Notes: generated by a model not told the origin, from the letters alone. 64,000 bases of DNA from an uncultured bacterium (GCA_964247085.1 CAXTSX010000013.1:5889-69888), one strand, 5' to 3'. Positions 10,108 through 19,863 are shown, numbered from the stretch's first letter. Numbers and translations: made by a program.

Positions 10108-10356
10108 TATTAATGTCCCTGAAGTAAATAGTCAGAAGTTGGATAAAACAAGTAGAACGGAGTCATACCGCTAGTAATGTCGATGAGTACAGACCGTAGC
10201 CATCCAAGAATTGAGTAGCTAGATATTATCAACTGAGATCTTGCACCAATTTCTATGAACTCAATTTTCAGTCATCACATGGAGCCTCACAGCCTTGATA
10301 GCTAGCGGTATGAATTCGGATTTCCTGATGTATTAAAAATGGTGCAAGCTTTGTAG

Positions 10357-10770
10357 TTAACGTCTTTTTTTGCTAGCTAAGACTTTAATCTTGGTAACTA
10401 AAGCATCTTTGATTTTTTCGTAGTCTGTGGCCGAACCACTATTAGGCTTAGGGAAAAAGTCTAAAGCACCAGCTTTCATCAATTCATAAATATTGTCTAC
10501 ATCACGGGGATGAACAGCATTGCTGATTACCAATACCGGCAAAGGATTTTGCGCCATCAGTTTTTTGGTGAATTCTAGGCCATCCATAGTGGGCATTTGC
10601 AAGTCAGTACAAATCACATCTGGATTAGAACGACTAATCACAGTTAATGCTTCAGCACCATCGCGGGCAGTACCAACGACATCTACATCCGGAGAAGAAT
10701 TGAGCAATCGCTCCAAAACTTCTAAGGCCACAACGGAATCTTCTACTAAAACAACTTTAATGGGGGTCAT
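10357..10770 (-). CDS. Stand-alone response-regulator receiver, CheB-receiver-like
   Basis: 137 aa. VLVEDS..PDVDVVGTARDGAEAL..PDVICTDLQMPTMDGLEF..PVLVIS..AGALDFFPKP follows the CheB N-terminal REC pattern, but there is no methylesterase domain. The start overlaps the cheA stop (ATGA). Confidence 0.85.
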   Translation of the reverse strand: MTPIKVVLVEDSVVALEVLERLLNSSPDVDVVGTARDGAEALTVISRSNPDVICTDLQMPTMDGLEFTKKLMAQNPLPVLVISNAVHPRDVDNIYELMKAGALDFFPKPNSGSATDYEKIKDALVTKIKVLASKKRR

Positions 10771-13307
10771 GATGCAACTAAGCTCCTGAGAGTATTTATA
10801 AGTAAGGATTGGTCAAAATTGCCTTTGGTGAGATAGGCAGTAGCACCAGCATCTAGGCCGCGCTGTTGATCTTCTGGTTTGGCCAGGGTTGTTACCAAAA
10901 TCACTGGGAGATCGCCATATTCTGGGAATTCACGCAGGCGACTGGTCAATTCAAGACCAGTCATATTGGGCATTTCAACATCGGACACCACCGCAGCAAA
11001 TTCACTAGTTTGGAGTTTATTAAAACCATCTAGACCATCGATTGCTGTTGTGACAACATAGCCTGCGCCTTCCAAAATGCGCTTAACTTGTGTCCGAATG
11101 GGAATGGAGTCCTCCACCAGCAGAATATGTGGTGGGGCAATGGTGTCCATCGTTAACATGGCACTACGTTCGGTGCTCACCGATCTGCCGCCGGCGGCGC
11201 TAAAGAGATCGGGGGGGTTCAGAACCATGCAGATTTCTCCGTTCCCCAGAATGCTGGCTCCCGAGAGATTTCGTACATTTTGCAGCAGTTGATTGAGGGA
11301 TTTCACCACAATCTGCTGTTGTTCGAGTAGCTCATCTACTAAGATGCCCAAATATTCACCATCTATTTTGATAAAGACACAGGGAATTTTAGTGGCAACT
11401 TGCCTCAAGGATAGGGTGGAATCTGGTGACATCATCGGTAGCTCTAGTAAATCGGCTAGCCAAGCAACAGATACACCGCGCTCTTGCCAATGCACAGTCA
11501 ACTTGCCGTCTAGGGTGAAAATTTCTTCTCGATCGATAAACTGCATGGTTTCGATCGCATCCAGGGCCAGGGCAAAGGGTTGATTATTGACCTGGACAAT
11601 CAGGGCATCCACCGTAGCCAAGCTGTTGTTCAGCAGCAGACGAAACGTACAGCCTTCGCCAGGTTTAGATTCAATCCGAATCGAGCCTTTCAACTTTTCG
11701 ATATTGGCACGCACTACATCCATCCCTACCCCTCGACCAGATAGTTCAGTGACAGCGGTACGGGTGGAAAAACCAGCCACAAAGATTAGTGACTGAATTT
11801 GTTCGGGGTTCATCTGATCGAGTTCGGCAGAAGTGTATAGTCCACGCCGAATAGCCGTGGTGCGAATCGCTTCCAGATCCAAACCTCGCCCATCATCGGT
11901 GATGATAATTTCGATTTGATTACCGCGTTGCAAGCCTTTGAGAGTCAAGTGAGCAGTAGTTCCTTTAGCACCGCGCTCTAACAAAGTTTCGACACCGTGA
12001 TCGATCGCATTACGCAAAATGTGGGTGAGAGGATCTTTGAGGGATTCTAAGATTTGCTTGTCAGCCAGGACATCGCCGCCTTCGATCGTGAAGTCGATTT
12101 CTTTGCCTTGCTGCCGTGCCAAATCTCTGACCATGCGGGGGAAGAGAGCGAAAACCGTCTGCAAGGGCAACATCCGAATTTGGCGAATGCCATTTTCCAG
12201 GTCATTGGCTACTGATTCTAGCCGCGCCGTATCTTCACCAGAAGTTAGCCGCATCTGATTCAGCAGATTGCTAAATTGTTGTAAGCGGGGGTCTTCGATC
12301 GGCACCAGTCGCTGCCATTCTTCCCACAAACGATAGAGGTTCAGCAGGTCTTCATGGTGCTGCACCACTCGCAACTTAGCCACTGCCAATTCATCAGCCT
12401 GAATCATCAGCCGTTCTAGTCGGTTAGCAGCCACCCGAATAGTGTTGATCTCAAAGACCTCGGCGACGGGTTCTACCGGAACAGCCGTTAGAGGCTGAAT
12501 CGTTTCTGGAAGATCAATAATTACCGGGGGAGCAGGGGGAAAGAGGGGACTGTCGATCGATCCCGTAGCGGCAATCAAATCAGCGGCTGGCAACTTACTA
12601 CCTTCCGCCCAGGTATCTTCATCAAAGGATTCCAGTAATACTTCGGGTAATCCGGACAGTCCAAATACCAAATCTGGCGGCTCTGAGACATCACCAATAT
12701 CGAAAATCGAAGAGTTGGAAATACTCAAATAATCATCTAGAGCTGAGTTGCTAGAGAATATGTAATCATCATTCGGGATAGTTGCAAAGTCAGCAAACCC
12801 CGCCGGGACATTCGGCGTGACCGCTAGCCAATCCAACACTGGTTGCCCACCTGATTCTACAAAACTTGGTGCAGTAGCAGCCACTGCAACTACTTCATTG
12901 TCCACAGCTGTGCTGCTGGGAGCTTTGCCACTAGCTGCTTGTAGTACGGCGATTACCTCGGACAGCTGAAGACCAGTGGGTTCACCAGTAACTGCTTCAT
13001 GGGCAATTTTTTTGACAGCGTCTAGTCCTTGGTACAGGACATCGCAGAGTAGTGGTGTAACGGCCGATTCATGGCGATCGATCGCCATCAGAATTTCTTC
13101 CATTTGGTGGACGATCGCTTCGGCATCTTCTACCCCCAACATCCGGGAGTCTCCTTTCAGGGAATGGGCTTCCCGCAACAGCATCGACAGCGGCGATAAG
13201 TCGGTGGGGGTTTTTTCTAGTTGCAATAAGCCTTCTTCGATCGCTGTCAAATGTTCGGCACTGGCCACTTCATAGAGGCTACGCAACTCTTCATCATCAA
13301 TGAACAT
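10767..13307 (-). CDS. Hybrid CheA-type histidine kinase (Hpt-linker-dimerisation-HATPase-CheW-REC)
   Basis: 846 aa. Hpt motif HSLKGDSRMLG, then a ~170-aa acidic/Pro-rich linker. ATPase boxes NAIDHGVE, DDGRGLD and GRGVGMDVV. A CheW-like domain follows, then a C-terminal REC (ILLVEDS..DVEMPNMTGLE). Confidence 0.9.
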   Translation of the reverse strand: MFIDDEELRSLYEVASAEHLTAIEEGLLQLEKTPTDLSPLSMLLREAHSLKGDSRMLGVEDAEAIVHQMEEILMAIDRHESAVTPLLCDVLYQGLDAVKKIAHEAVTGEPTGLQLSEVIAVLQAASGKAPSSTAVDNEVVAVAATAPSFVESGGQPVLDWLAVTPNVPAGFADFATIPNDDYIFSSNSALDDYLSISNSSIFDIGDVSEPPDLVFGLSGLPEVLLESFDEDTWAEGSKLPAADLIAATGSIDSPLFPPAPPVIIDLPETIQPLTAVPVEPVAEVFEINTIRVAANRLERLMIQADELAVAKLRVVQHHEDLLNLYRLWEEWQRLVPIEDPRLQQFSNLLNQMRLTSGEDTARLESVANDLENGIRQIRMLPLQTVFALFPRMVRDLARQQGKEIDFTIEGGDVLADKQILESLKDPLTHILRNAIDHGVETLLERGAKGTTAHLTLKGLQRGNQIEIIITDDGRGLDLEAIRTTAIRRGLYTSAELDQMNPEQIQSLIFVAGFSTRTAVTELSGRGVGMDVVRANIEKLKGSIRIESKPGEGCTFRLLLNNSLATVDALIVQVNNQPFALALDAIETMQFIDREEIFTLDGKLTVHWQERGVSVAWLADLLELPMMSPDSTLSLRQVATKIPCVFIKIDGEYLGILVDELLEQQQIVVKSLNQLLQNVRNLSGASILGNGEICMVLNPPDLFSAAGGRSVSTERSAMLTMDTIAPPHILLVEDSIPIRTQVKRILEGAGYVVTTAIDGLDGFNKLQTSEFAAVVSDVEMPNMTGLELTSRLREFPEYGDLPVILVTTLAKPEDQQRGLDAGATAYLTKGNFDQSLLINTLRSLVAS

Positions 13308-13330
13308 AATGGCGGTAGTGATAAAACAAT

Positions 13331-14689
13331 TTATACAATCAGTTGTAGTTGGTTAGTAGTTTCTAGCAAATCATTAGTGGCCGATTTTACTTCGGCAACG
13401 CCCGCTGCTGTTTCTTGAGAACCTAAGTTGATGGCATTGATCGAAGCGACCGCCTGTTGGATGGTAATTGCTTGACGCTTAGAACTATCCGAAATATCGC
13501 GGGAGTTACTAAATACCTCGTTAATAGCTCGTTCAATACCAGCAAAGGCTTCTGCTGTTTCAGAGGCCAAGATAATCCCGGCAGCTGCCGTCTTGGTGCC
13601 TTCGTCAGTCACCATTACAGTGTTATTAATAGAAGCTTGTACTTCCGAAATCAAAATATTGATTTTTTCAGCGGATTTTTTACTTTGGTCGGCCAATTTC
13701 CGTACTTCTCCGGCTACTACCGCAAAACCCTTACCCTGTTCACCGGCTCGGGCGGCTTCTACCGCAGCGTTCAGCGACAGCATGTTGGTTTGGTTCGCAA
13801 TGTCGGCTACCAAGTCCGAAACTGTAGAAATCTGCGCTGTTTGAGCGCTCAACTGCATAATTTTTTCGGCGATCGCCTCTACCTTCGATCGCAGGTCAAT
13901 AATCCCATCCAAAGTCCGAGATACTGTTTCCGAACCACTTTCTGACAGGGAAAGGGCTTTTTGGGCTTCTGAGCTAGAAGATTCTGCTTGAATAGCCGAT
14001 CGCATGGAAGCCGCACCCAACTCTTCGATCGTACTAGTTGTAGTTTTCACGGAGCTAGCTTGAGACTCTAGTAATTTCTCTTGCTGATTGAGGGTATTTG
14101 AAATTTTGAGAGAACTACTCGAAACGTCTTCAGTAGATTGATTGAGAGTTTTGGTAATACGTTGAGTAATAAACGCAATAAAGCCCAAAGCGGCCAAGCT
14201 GGCACCTAGCGTTAAGAGAGCAATTAATCGTACGATGCTTACGTCATTACCACCGTTGGTGGTAGCGACGTTTACGGCATTATTAACTGGTTTAAATACA
14301 TTTTCACTTTCCACCAACATTTGATTGGCCAGAGCCGGATTACTCCGAAAAGCATAGATAGTGTTTTTGTATTGAGCCCAAGCTTTTTCCACCTCTTGCA
14401 TCGCCTCAATAAAGCTTTGATCCTTGGCTGCCGGAATATTGAGAGTTTCATCTCCTTTGACTAGTGCCCGAATGAGCTGATCATTTTTTTGAATTAATTC
14501 ATCACTACGTTTATTAGCTAATTCTAATTTACCTAATCGTTGAGTGGTACCCCGGACTAATCCGGTGTAGCTTACAACGTTAGAGTCATTAGCCATACCT
14601 TGAATACCAGACTGGAGAACAATACCGTTAATGGCTGCCAAGCCAATTAAGCCAGCGACGGCGTATTTAAGACGAGTGGTAATTTTCAT
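13331..14689 (-). CDS. Methyl-accepting chemotaxis protein with a PilJ-type periplasmic sensor
   Basis: 452 aa with two TM segments and a ~130-aa periplasmic helical domain ([14 protein letters not shown]). The MCP hairpin tip [32 protein letters not shown] is conserved. I recognise no HAMP between TM2 and the signalling domain. Confidence 0.9.
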   Translation of the reverse strand: MKITTRLKYAVAGLIGLAAINGIVLQSGIQGMANDSNVVSYTGLVRGTTQRLGKLELANKRSDELIQKNDQLIRALVKGDETLNIPAAKDQSFIEAMQEVEKAWAQYKNTIYAFRSNPALANQMLVESENVFKPVNNAVNVATTNGGNDVSIVRLIALLTLGASLAALGFIAFITQRITKTLNQSTEDVSSSSLKISNTLNQQEKLLESQASSVKTTTSTIEELGAASMRSAIQAESSSSEAQKALSLSESGSETVSRTLDGIIDLRSKVEAIAEKIMQLSAQTAQISTVSDLVADIANQTNMLSLNAAVEAARAGEQGKGFAVVAGEVRKLADQSKKSAEKINILISEVQASINNTVMVTDEGTKTAAAGIILASETAEAFAGIERAINEVFSNSRDISDSSKRQAITIQQAVASINAINLGSQETAAGVAEVKSATNDLLETTNQLQLIV

Positions 14690-14748
14690 GTAGGTAACTC
14701 CTAAAGATTATTGATCAGAAATATGGATAGAAAGTAAACAAATTGCCC

Positions 14749-15795
14749 CTAGGCCACACTCAGCAGCTGGGGCAGGTTCAGAATGCTTAATAGCTGCTCC
14801 CGATAGGGGATCGTACTCATCACCAAACCTTGGCGGCTAGATTGGTTGGCCACTGGCACCATCGCTAGCTCGGCTGGATCGAGATAGAGAATATCGTGTA
14901 GTTCGTCGATCGATATACCAGCCACTAAACTACCCAACTGAGCAACGATCGCTTCTGTATTGACCTGGGATGAATCCAAGTTGAGAGCTGGTCTGATATC
15001 TACGAGGGTCATGATTTCGCCCCGCAAATTCATATTGCCAATGATCCGATCGGGGCAGCAGGGAATCGGGCGCACATTTTGCACCTTAATAAACTCCCGC
15101 ACTAACTCCAAATTCATCCCAAAATATTCACCGCCTAGCCCAAACACTGCCAAGGGAACCAAGCGACTGGTGTCGTTAGTGATCGACAATTGCCGTAATT
15201 CCAGTGCCCGTTGTTCTAAAAGCTGGCACTCTTCGGCAGTAGCAGTGGGAAAGTACAGTTGATAAAAATCGGTGGTCAGATCGATTTGAGAACGGGCAAT
15301 GTCTTGCAAGCGCTCCACGTTAGCAGTTAAGCTATCCGATTCACCAACCCACGCCGTCAGTTCATCCGCCAACAAAATCAAAGATTGGGGATTCAACAAT
15401 AAAATGTTGTGGTCGCCCAGTTGGGTGACACCCCGTAAAAATGACGTATTGACGTGGTTTTGCCGACCATAGGTGAGATCTTGGGCAATATCTAAGTCAT
15501 CGATCGAACAGACCTCGTTCACCTGGTCTACAATCAGACCCACTTGCAAACCCTGGCATTCCAACACGATGACGTTATCTGTAATCTTACAGATCGGCTG
15601 GGCTTGCCCCAGACGACGACGGAGGTGCATTACGGGTAAAACTGTACCGCGCAAATTAATCACTCCCAAGATGTCAGCCGGGATTTCGGGGACAATTTGT
15701 AATTCGGGCAGCGGAAAAATTTCCAGCACATGGTCGGTACCAATGGCGTACTGCAAATTTTGTAACTGAAAAGTCAGATATGTGGCGGTACTCAT
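14749..15795 (-). CDS. CheW-like coupling protein with two tandem CheW domains
   Basis: 348 aa. Two repeats of the CheW pattern: VINLRGTVLPVMHLRRRLG and NMNLRGEIMTLVDIRPAL. The start overlaps the stop of the upstream PatA-type gene (ATGA). Confidence 0.85.
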   Translation of the reverse strand: MSTATYLTFQLQNLQYAIGTDHVLEIFPLPELQIVPEIPADILGVINLRGTVLPVMHLRRRLGQAQPICKITDNVIVLECQGLQVGLIVDQVNEVCSIDDLDIAQDLTYGRQNHVNTSFLRGVTQLGDHNILLLNPQSLILLADELTAWVGESDSLTANVERLQDIARSQIDLTTDFYQLYFPTATAEECQLLEQRALELRQLSITNDTSRLVPLAVFGLGGEYFGMNLELVREFIKVQNVRPIPCCPDRIIGNMNLRGEIMTLVDIRPALNLDSSQVNTEAIVAQLGSLVAGISIDELHDILYLDPAELAMVPVANQSSRQGLVMSTIPYREQLLSILNLPQLLSVA

Positions 15796-16973
15796 TTGGC
15801 TACAACTGTTTTTTGAGGAGCGACTTGCGGAATATATTTTTCCAAGACCGGCAGTAATTTATCTCGATCGACCGGCTTAGTCAGATACTGCGTGGAACCA
15901 GCAAACTGTCCTTTAAACTTATCGACAATCCCATCCTTGGCCGTCAGCATAATAATGGGGAGTTGTTTAAACTGGGGCATCGCTCGAATAGTGCGACATA
16001 GTTCTAATCCATCAATATCCGGCATCGTTACATCTAGTAGCAATAGCGATACTTTTTGGGTATGCAAAATATTCAAAGCATCAACAGCATTATTAGCCAA
16101 CCGCACATCATACAAATCACCGATCGCTCTGGCGATCATGGTCTGTACAATTTTGCTATCATCCACACTCAAAATAATGGGACGAGCAGTTGTGGCTGGG
16201 AGCGGTGGGAGAGTAGTTGATCGTTGACTGTTGCTACTATTCTTTAAAATCAGCCAGTCTTGACGCGACCAATTTAAGTAAGTTTGGGCTAATTTAAGGG
16301 GGTCTTCGGCACAACCCAGGGCAATTTCGGAGAGTTTAAACTTGCCAGTAATCCATCGATCGAAATGCGGCAAAATTTGGGGAGGTAGCAAATGGGCGTT
16401 GTCGGGCTTAGGACAAAGTATTGTGTCAAAAATAATTTCTGGAGCTAGCGATTGCCACAACTGCTGGCGTTTTTCGAGAATTTGTCGAATCAGAGCTAAA
16501 TTTAAGCTGTGAAAATCTTCACCATAGGATAAATCAAAGCTACTACTCATAGTTTTGCGCAATACCCCGGCATGGAGGTGTGCCTGTTCTATGAATATAG
16601 CGGCCTCTTTGTGCATCAAATTTTCTAAGTCCGGCCACTTAATCAACCCAAAACGAGCGATAAATTCAATTAGCTCTCGTACCGAATTGGGGTTTTTGAC
16701 CCGACTAGTAACCATTTGGAGAGTGGATTCCATGTGGGTAAGCTGCATTTTGTGGCTCACCCAATGGGCAAATTCCAGAGGAGTTGGCACTTTGCGACCA
16801 GCATAAGTCAAGGCTCCGGACTGAAATACCAAAGAGAATTGGAAGATGGAAGGTTGTACTTGCGCTGGTGCAGCAGCATTGCTAGCAATGCTGGTAAATT
16901 CGACAACACAACTAAAACCTTCGGCCTGAATTTGGTGAAGCGAACTAATTAGTTCACCAGCTCGTACTTGCAT
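15792..16973 (-). CDS. PatA-type response regulator (PATAN-like N-terminal domain plus REC)
   Basis: 393 aa. C-terminal REC ILSVDDS..LLLLDVTMPDIDGLEL..YLTKP, with a long N-terminal domain as in PixG/PilG/PatA-type regulators. It is the first gene of the operon. Confidence 0.85.
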   Translation of the reverse strand: MQVRAGELISSLHQIQAEGFSCVVEFTSIASNAAAPAQVQPSIFQFSLVFQSGALTYAGRKVPTPLEFAHWVSHKMQLTHMESTLQMVTSRVKNPNSVRELIEFIARFGLIKWPDLENLMHKEAAIFIEQAHLHAGVLRKTMSSSFDLSYGEDFHSLNLALIRQILEKRQQLWQSLAPEIIFDTILCPKPDNAHLLPPQILPHFDRWITGKFKLSEIALGCAEDPLKLAQTYLNWSRQDWLILKNSSNSQRSTTLPPLPATTARPIILSVDDSKIVQTMIARAIGDLYDVRLANNAVDALNILHTQKVSLLLLDVTMPDIDGLELCRTIRAMPQFKQLPIIMLTAKDGIVDKFKGQFAGSTQYLTKPVDRDKLLPVLEKYIPQVAPQKTVVAK

Positions 16974-17006
16974 AATGTATTGCTACCCCTTTATCTGGGA
17001 GTTAAA

Positions 17007-18350
17007 ATGTCGGCAATCAGATTTATGGATGGCGACCGGAAATCAGAACTTATGCTTAAGATGCCCAATTCAGATCCCAAAAAGAACTCAGGTAAGTTAG
17101 AAAAATTGAAAACTACACAGAGTAAAATATCCACAAATATCTATAATTGCCATCTGCAGGAAAATAGTTCAGTGCCAACAGCTCTCGTTCCACCACCATT
17201 AGGTCTCCAGGAAGATTGGAAATGGCGTTGGTGGTTATCTTTACCCCTCTATCCGTACAGTCAAAGACGCACGCTCCGTACTGAAATAATTGCGGACTGG
17301 GCATGGAGTTTTGAGCAAATTCAGGGGGTTTTGTATGTTGTTACTCCCTTACGAATGACGGTGCTTAGGTTAGAAACTGGCGGTTTACTAGTCTATGCTC
17401 CGATCGCCCCTACGGCGGAATGCTTAAGGTTGGTGAATGAGTTAGTTGATCGATATGGCCCAATTCAACATATTATTTTCCCGACTTTATCGGGGTTAGA
17501 GCACAAAGTATTTGTGGGGCCATTTGCCCGCCATTATCCGCTGGCCACTGTCTATGTGGCTCCTGGCCAGTGGAGTTTTCCAGTAAATTTACCCTTGAGC
17601 TGGTTGGGCTTACCGGCTGGCCGTACCCAAGTATTGGGGAAAGAAAATCCCTTTGGCGATCGGTTCGACTACGCCATGCTCGGACCAGTGGACTTAAAAT
17701 TAGGTAAATTTGGTGAAGTGGTGCTGTTCGATCGACAGCTGAAAATATTGCTGGTGACGGATACCGTCCTCTCCATTCCAGAGCAACCCCCAGCGATCGT
17801 TCAGCTTGATCCCTATCCATTACTATTTCATGCCCGCGATCAGGTCAGCGAACCGATTATGGATACGCCTGCCCAACGCCAGCAAGGCTGGCAGCGCATT
17901 GTGCTATTTACTTTCTATTTTCGTCCCAGCGCTGTTCAGATCAGCAGTACTAGTCAGGCGATCCGAGCCTTGTTCACGGCTCCAGACCAGTCGCGTCGCG
18001 CTTTTTGGGGTTTATATCCTTTTCAATGGCAAGATAACTGGGAGAAATCTTTTCAGACGATTCAAGGCCACGGTCGGCTGTTGGTCGCACCGATATTGCA
18101 GCAGTTAATTCTTAATCGCGATCCGCAACAGACTTTAGCTTGGATCGATCGAGTGACTCAGTGGGATTTTCAACAAATCGTCCCCTGCCATTTTCAAGCC
18201 CCCATCGCCGCCACTCCCACCGAATTTCGAGCCGCCTTCGACTTCCTCAGCCAAGGGCGACAATTACCCAACGCTGATTTTCAACTACTCCAAGATATTG
18301 ATACCACCCTGGGCAAAATTGGGATTATTCCGCCAGCGATCAAAAATTAG
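17007..18350 (+). CDS. DUF4336-family protein
   Basis: The block VTPLRMTVLRLETGGLLVYAPIAPTAECLRLVNEL..IIFPTLSGLEHKVFVGPFARHYP matches my memory of DUF4336. I prefer the start at 17007 because the listed start at 16968 overlaps the divergent patA-type start. The exact start is uncertain. Confidence 0.65.
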   Translation: MSAIRFMDGDRKSELMLKMPNSDPKKNSGKLEKLKTTQSKISTNIYNCHLQENSSVPTALVPPPLGLQEDWKWRWWLSLPLYPYSQRRTLRTEIIADWAWSFEQIQGVLYVVTPLRMTVLRLETGGLLVYAPIAPTAECLRLVNELVDRYGPIQHIIFPTLSGLEHKVFVGPFARHYPLATVYVAPGQWSFPVNLPLSWLGLPAGRTQVLGKENPFGDRFDYAMLGPVDLKLGKFGEVVLFDRQLKILLVTDTVLSIPEQPPAIVQLDPYPLLFHARDQVSEPIMDTPAQRQQGWQRIVLFTFYFRPSAVQISSTSQAIRALFTAPDQSRRAFWGLYPFQWQDNWEKSFQTIQGHGRLLVAPILQQLILNRDPQQTLAWIDRVTQWDFQQIVPCHFQAPIAATPTEFRAAFDFLSQGRQLPNADFQLLQDIDTTLGKIGIIPPAIKN

Positions 18351-18408
18351 GTGGATCTCGGAATTGGTTTAACTCGTCTTGTATCTGAAAGAGTCCATCC
18401 TCAAAACC

Positions 18409-19128
18409 ATGAACAGACTGTTGCGGCAATTAGCCCTCACCCTGGTGATTACAGCGGCCATTATTTTATCCAGTAATCCAGCGATCGATTCGGCCTCCAA
18501 CAAAATCAGCCATACCACCACCAATAAGATCGCCGGCGCGACCCAAAATTTGTGGGAAACAACTAATAACAGTGAGGTTTGGGGTAACAGTGGCGCTTTA
18601 ATGATGCCCTTAGCTGCCCAAGTGGCCGCTAGCCGCAACCCGCCAGGTCAACCTCTGACTGCCCAGCAAAAAAAGTATCTGCGGGCTGATTTTGGTGATT
18701 TAGTCGATCAAGCAAAAATAAATTACAACGCTAAATTGCTCGATCGCTGGTCTAATGGTGAGAAAGAAGTGCATGTGGGGGAAGTGGATGCTGCTGCCCA
18801 AGCTTTTTGCGATCGAATATATATCCGGGCTGGCCACCAGCCTCAAGACACCGCCCAACTAGTTCTATTAGCGCACGAGCTTACCCACTTTCAGCAATGT
18901 ATTCAACAGGGAGGTTTGCAAAAATTCGGTGCCAGCTACTTTGCAGCCTACCAACAGGCTGGCCAAGACTACGCCAGCAACCAGTTTGAACAAGCGGCTC
19001 GCATCCAAGAAAAAAAATTCATCAAAAACCTTTGCCAGCAAATTGACTGCCAACATCCCCGCAGCAGATATTATCTGAACTACCGAGGAGTTAATACAAA
19101 GCTACCAGTTAAAATCAGCACCGACTAA
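18409..19128 (+). CDS. Secreted DUF4157 (eCIS-core / zincin-like HExxH) domain protein
   Basis: Signal-like N-terminus MNRLLRQLALTLVITAAIIL. The block YLRADFGDLVDQAKINYN...LLAHELTHFQQ follows the DUF4157 pattern ending in HELxHxxQ. Confidence 0.6.
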   Translation: MNRLLRQLALTLVITAAIILSSNPAIDSASNKISHTTTNKIAGATQNLWETTNNSEVWGNSGALMMPLAAQVAASRNPPGQPLTAQQKKYLRADFGDLVDQAKINYNAKLLDRWSNGEKEVHVGEVDAAAQAFCDRIYIRAGHQPQDTAQLVLLAHELTHFQQCIQQGGLQKFGASYFAAYQQAGQDYASNQFEQAARIQEKKFIKNLCQQIDCQHPRSRYYLNYRGVNTKLPVKISTD

Positions 19129-19148
19129 AACATATGTGCAAAAAATGA

Positions 19149-19631
19149 TTAGAAACGATAGCCACCACCAATACTGAATACAGTGCCGAGCACCGAGTTG
19201 GCATCAAAAGGCACCTTAATATCACCAGTAACTGCCATGCCGGGATTAAGATTAATGTCCACCCCGGCTTGGGCAAAACCAGTAGAAGAAGAACCAGTTA
19301 CCCCGCCCACATTGACCGTGTAAAAATTCATGCCCAAGCCTACAAATGGCAGAATCTGAGAGTTATCCTTACTAAGATCATAAGTAGCTGAGCCCCCAAA
19401 GACCGTAACCCCTGCCCCGGACAAGTTAGTAAAGCTATAGGAAGGCCGCACCGCAATATTATCGGTAAGATTAAACTTACCTTCTATCCCAAAAATGCTT
19501 TGACCATTGCCGATCGTAATCGCTGGGCCAATAAAGTTTCCGTTATTTTCACCATCAGCCCGGGCAATGCTGGGGCTACAACAACAGAGTATAAGAGTTA
19601 AGAGTGCAGTGATCGATCGATAATTATTCAT
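19149..19631 (-). CDS. Small outer-membrane beta-barrel protein
   Basis: 160 aa with a signal peptide, alternating Gly/aromatic-rich strands and the terminal motif GGGYRF (C-terminal Phe). Confidence 0.65.
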   Translation of the reverse strand: MNNYRSITALLTLILCCCSPSIARADGENNGNFIGPAITIGNGQSIFGIEGKFNLTDNIAVRPSYSFTNLSGAGVTVFGGSATYDLSKDNSQILPFVGLGMNFYTVNVGGVTGSSSTGFAQAGVDINLNPGMAVTGDIKVPFDANSVLGTVFSIGGGYRF

Positions 19632-19863
19632 GGGTTCAGATTTTGCTTGTGAAGTTATTCTATTACGACATCATGCGCATAGCTTACCCATCAAGACGAC
19701 TAAGTAATAGTAATGTCTGAATCAAAATATCAAACTTTAGTTCCAACACTCACCTTCATTACTAATGATTGGAATAGTTAATGAATTTCTCATAGCGACA
19801 ATTCATACGAATTTCATATACTTAGTTATTCGTATCATTTTTGACCAAATCACCAGAATTTTT

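Noticed and set aside
10108-10356. Guanidine-I (ykkC) riboswitch or NtcA box (GTAN8TAC) in the urtA-like leader
   Set aside because: I read the minus-strand leader and found none of the conserved ykkC blocks (for example GGUCCGAGAG or CUAGGGUUCCG). No correctly spaced GTA..TAC pair is present either. Only the interleaved repeats reported above remain.
10879-13275. Several 60-100 aa plus-strand ORFs inside the cheA gene, with similar antisense ORFs inside the MCP, cheW, patA, uvrA, icd and pilQ genes
   Set aside because: They are antisense to long genes with strong family signatures and have Ser/Arg/Cys-rich compositions with no recognisable motifs. These are typical shadow ORFs.
16968-17006. 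Listed start of the DUF4336 ORF at 16968
   Set aside because: It would overlap the start codon of the divergent patA-type gene (16973) and leave no promoter space. A downstream ATG (17007 or later) is more plausible, and the exact start is unresolved.
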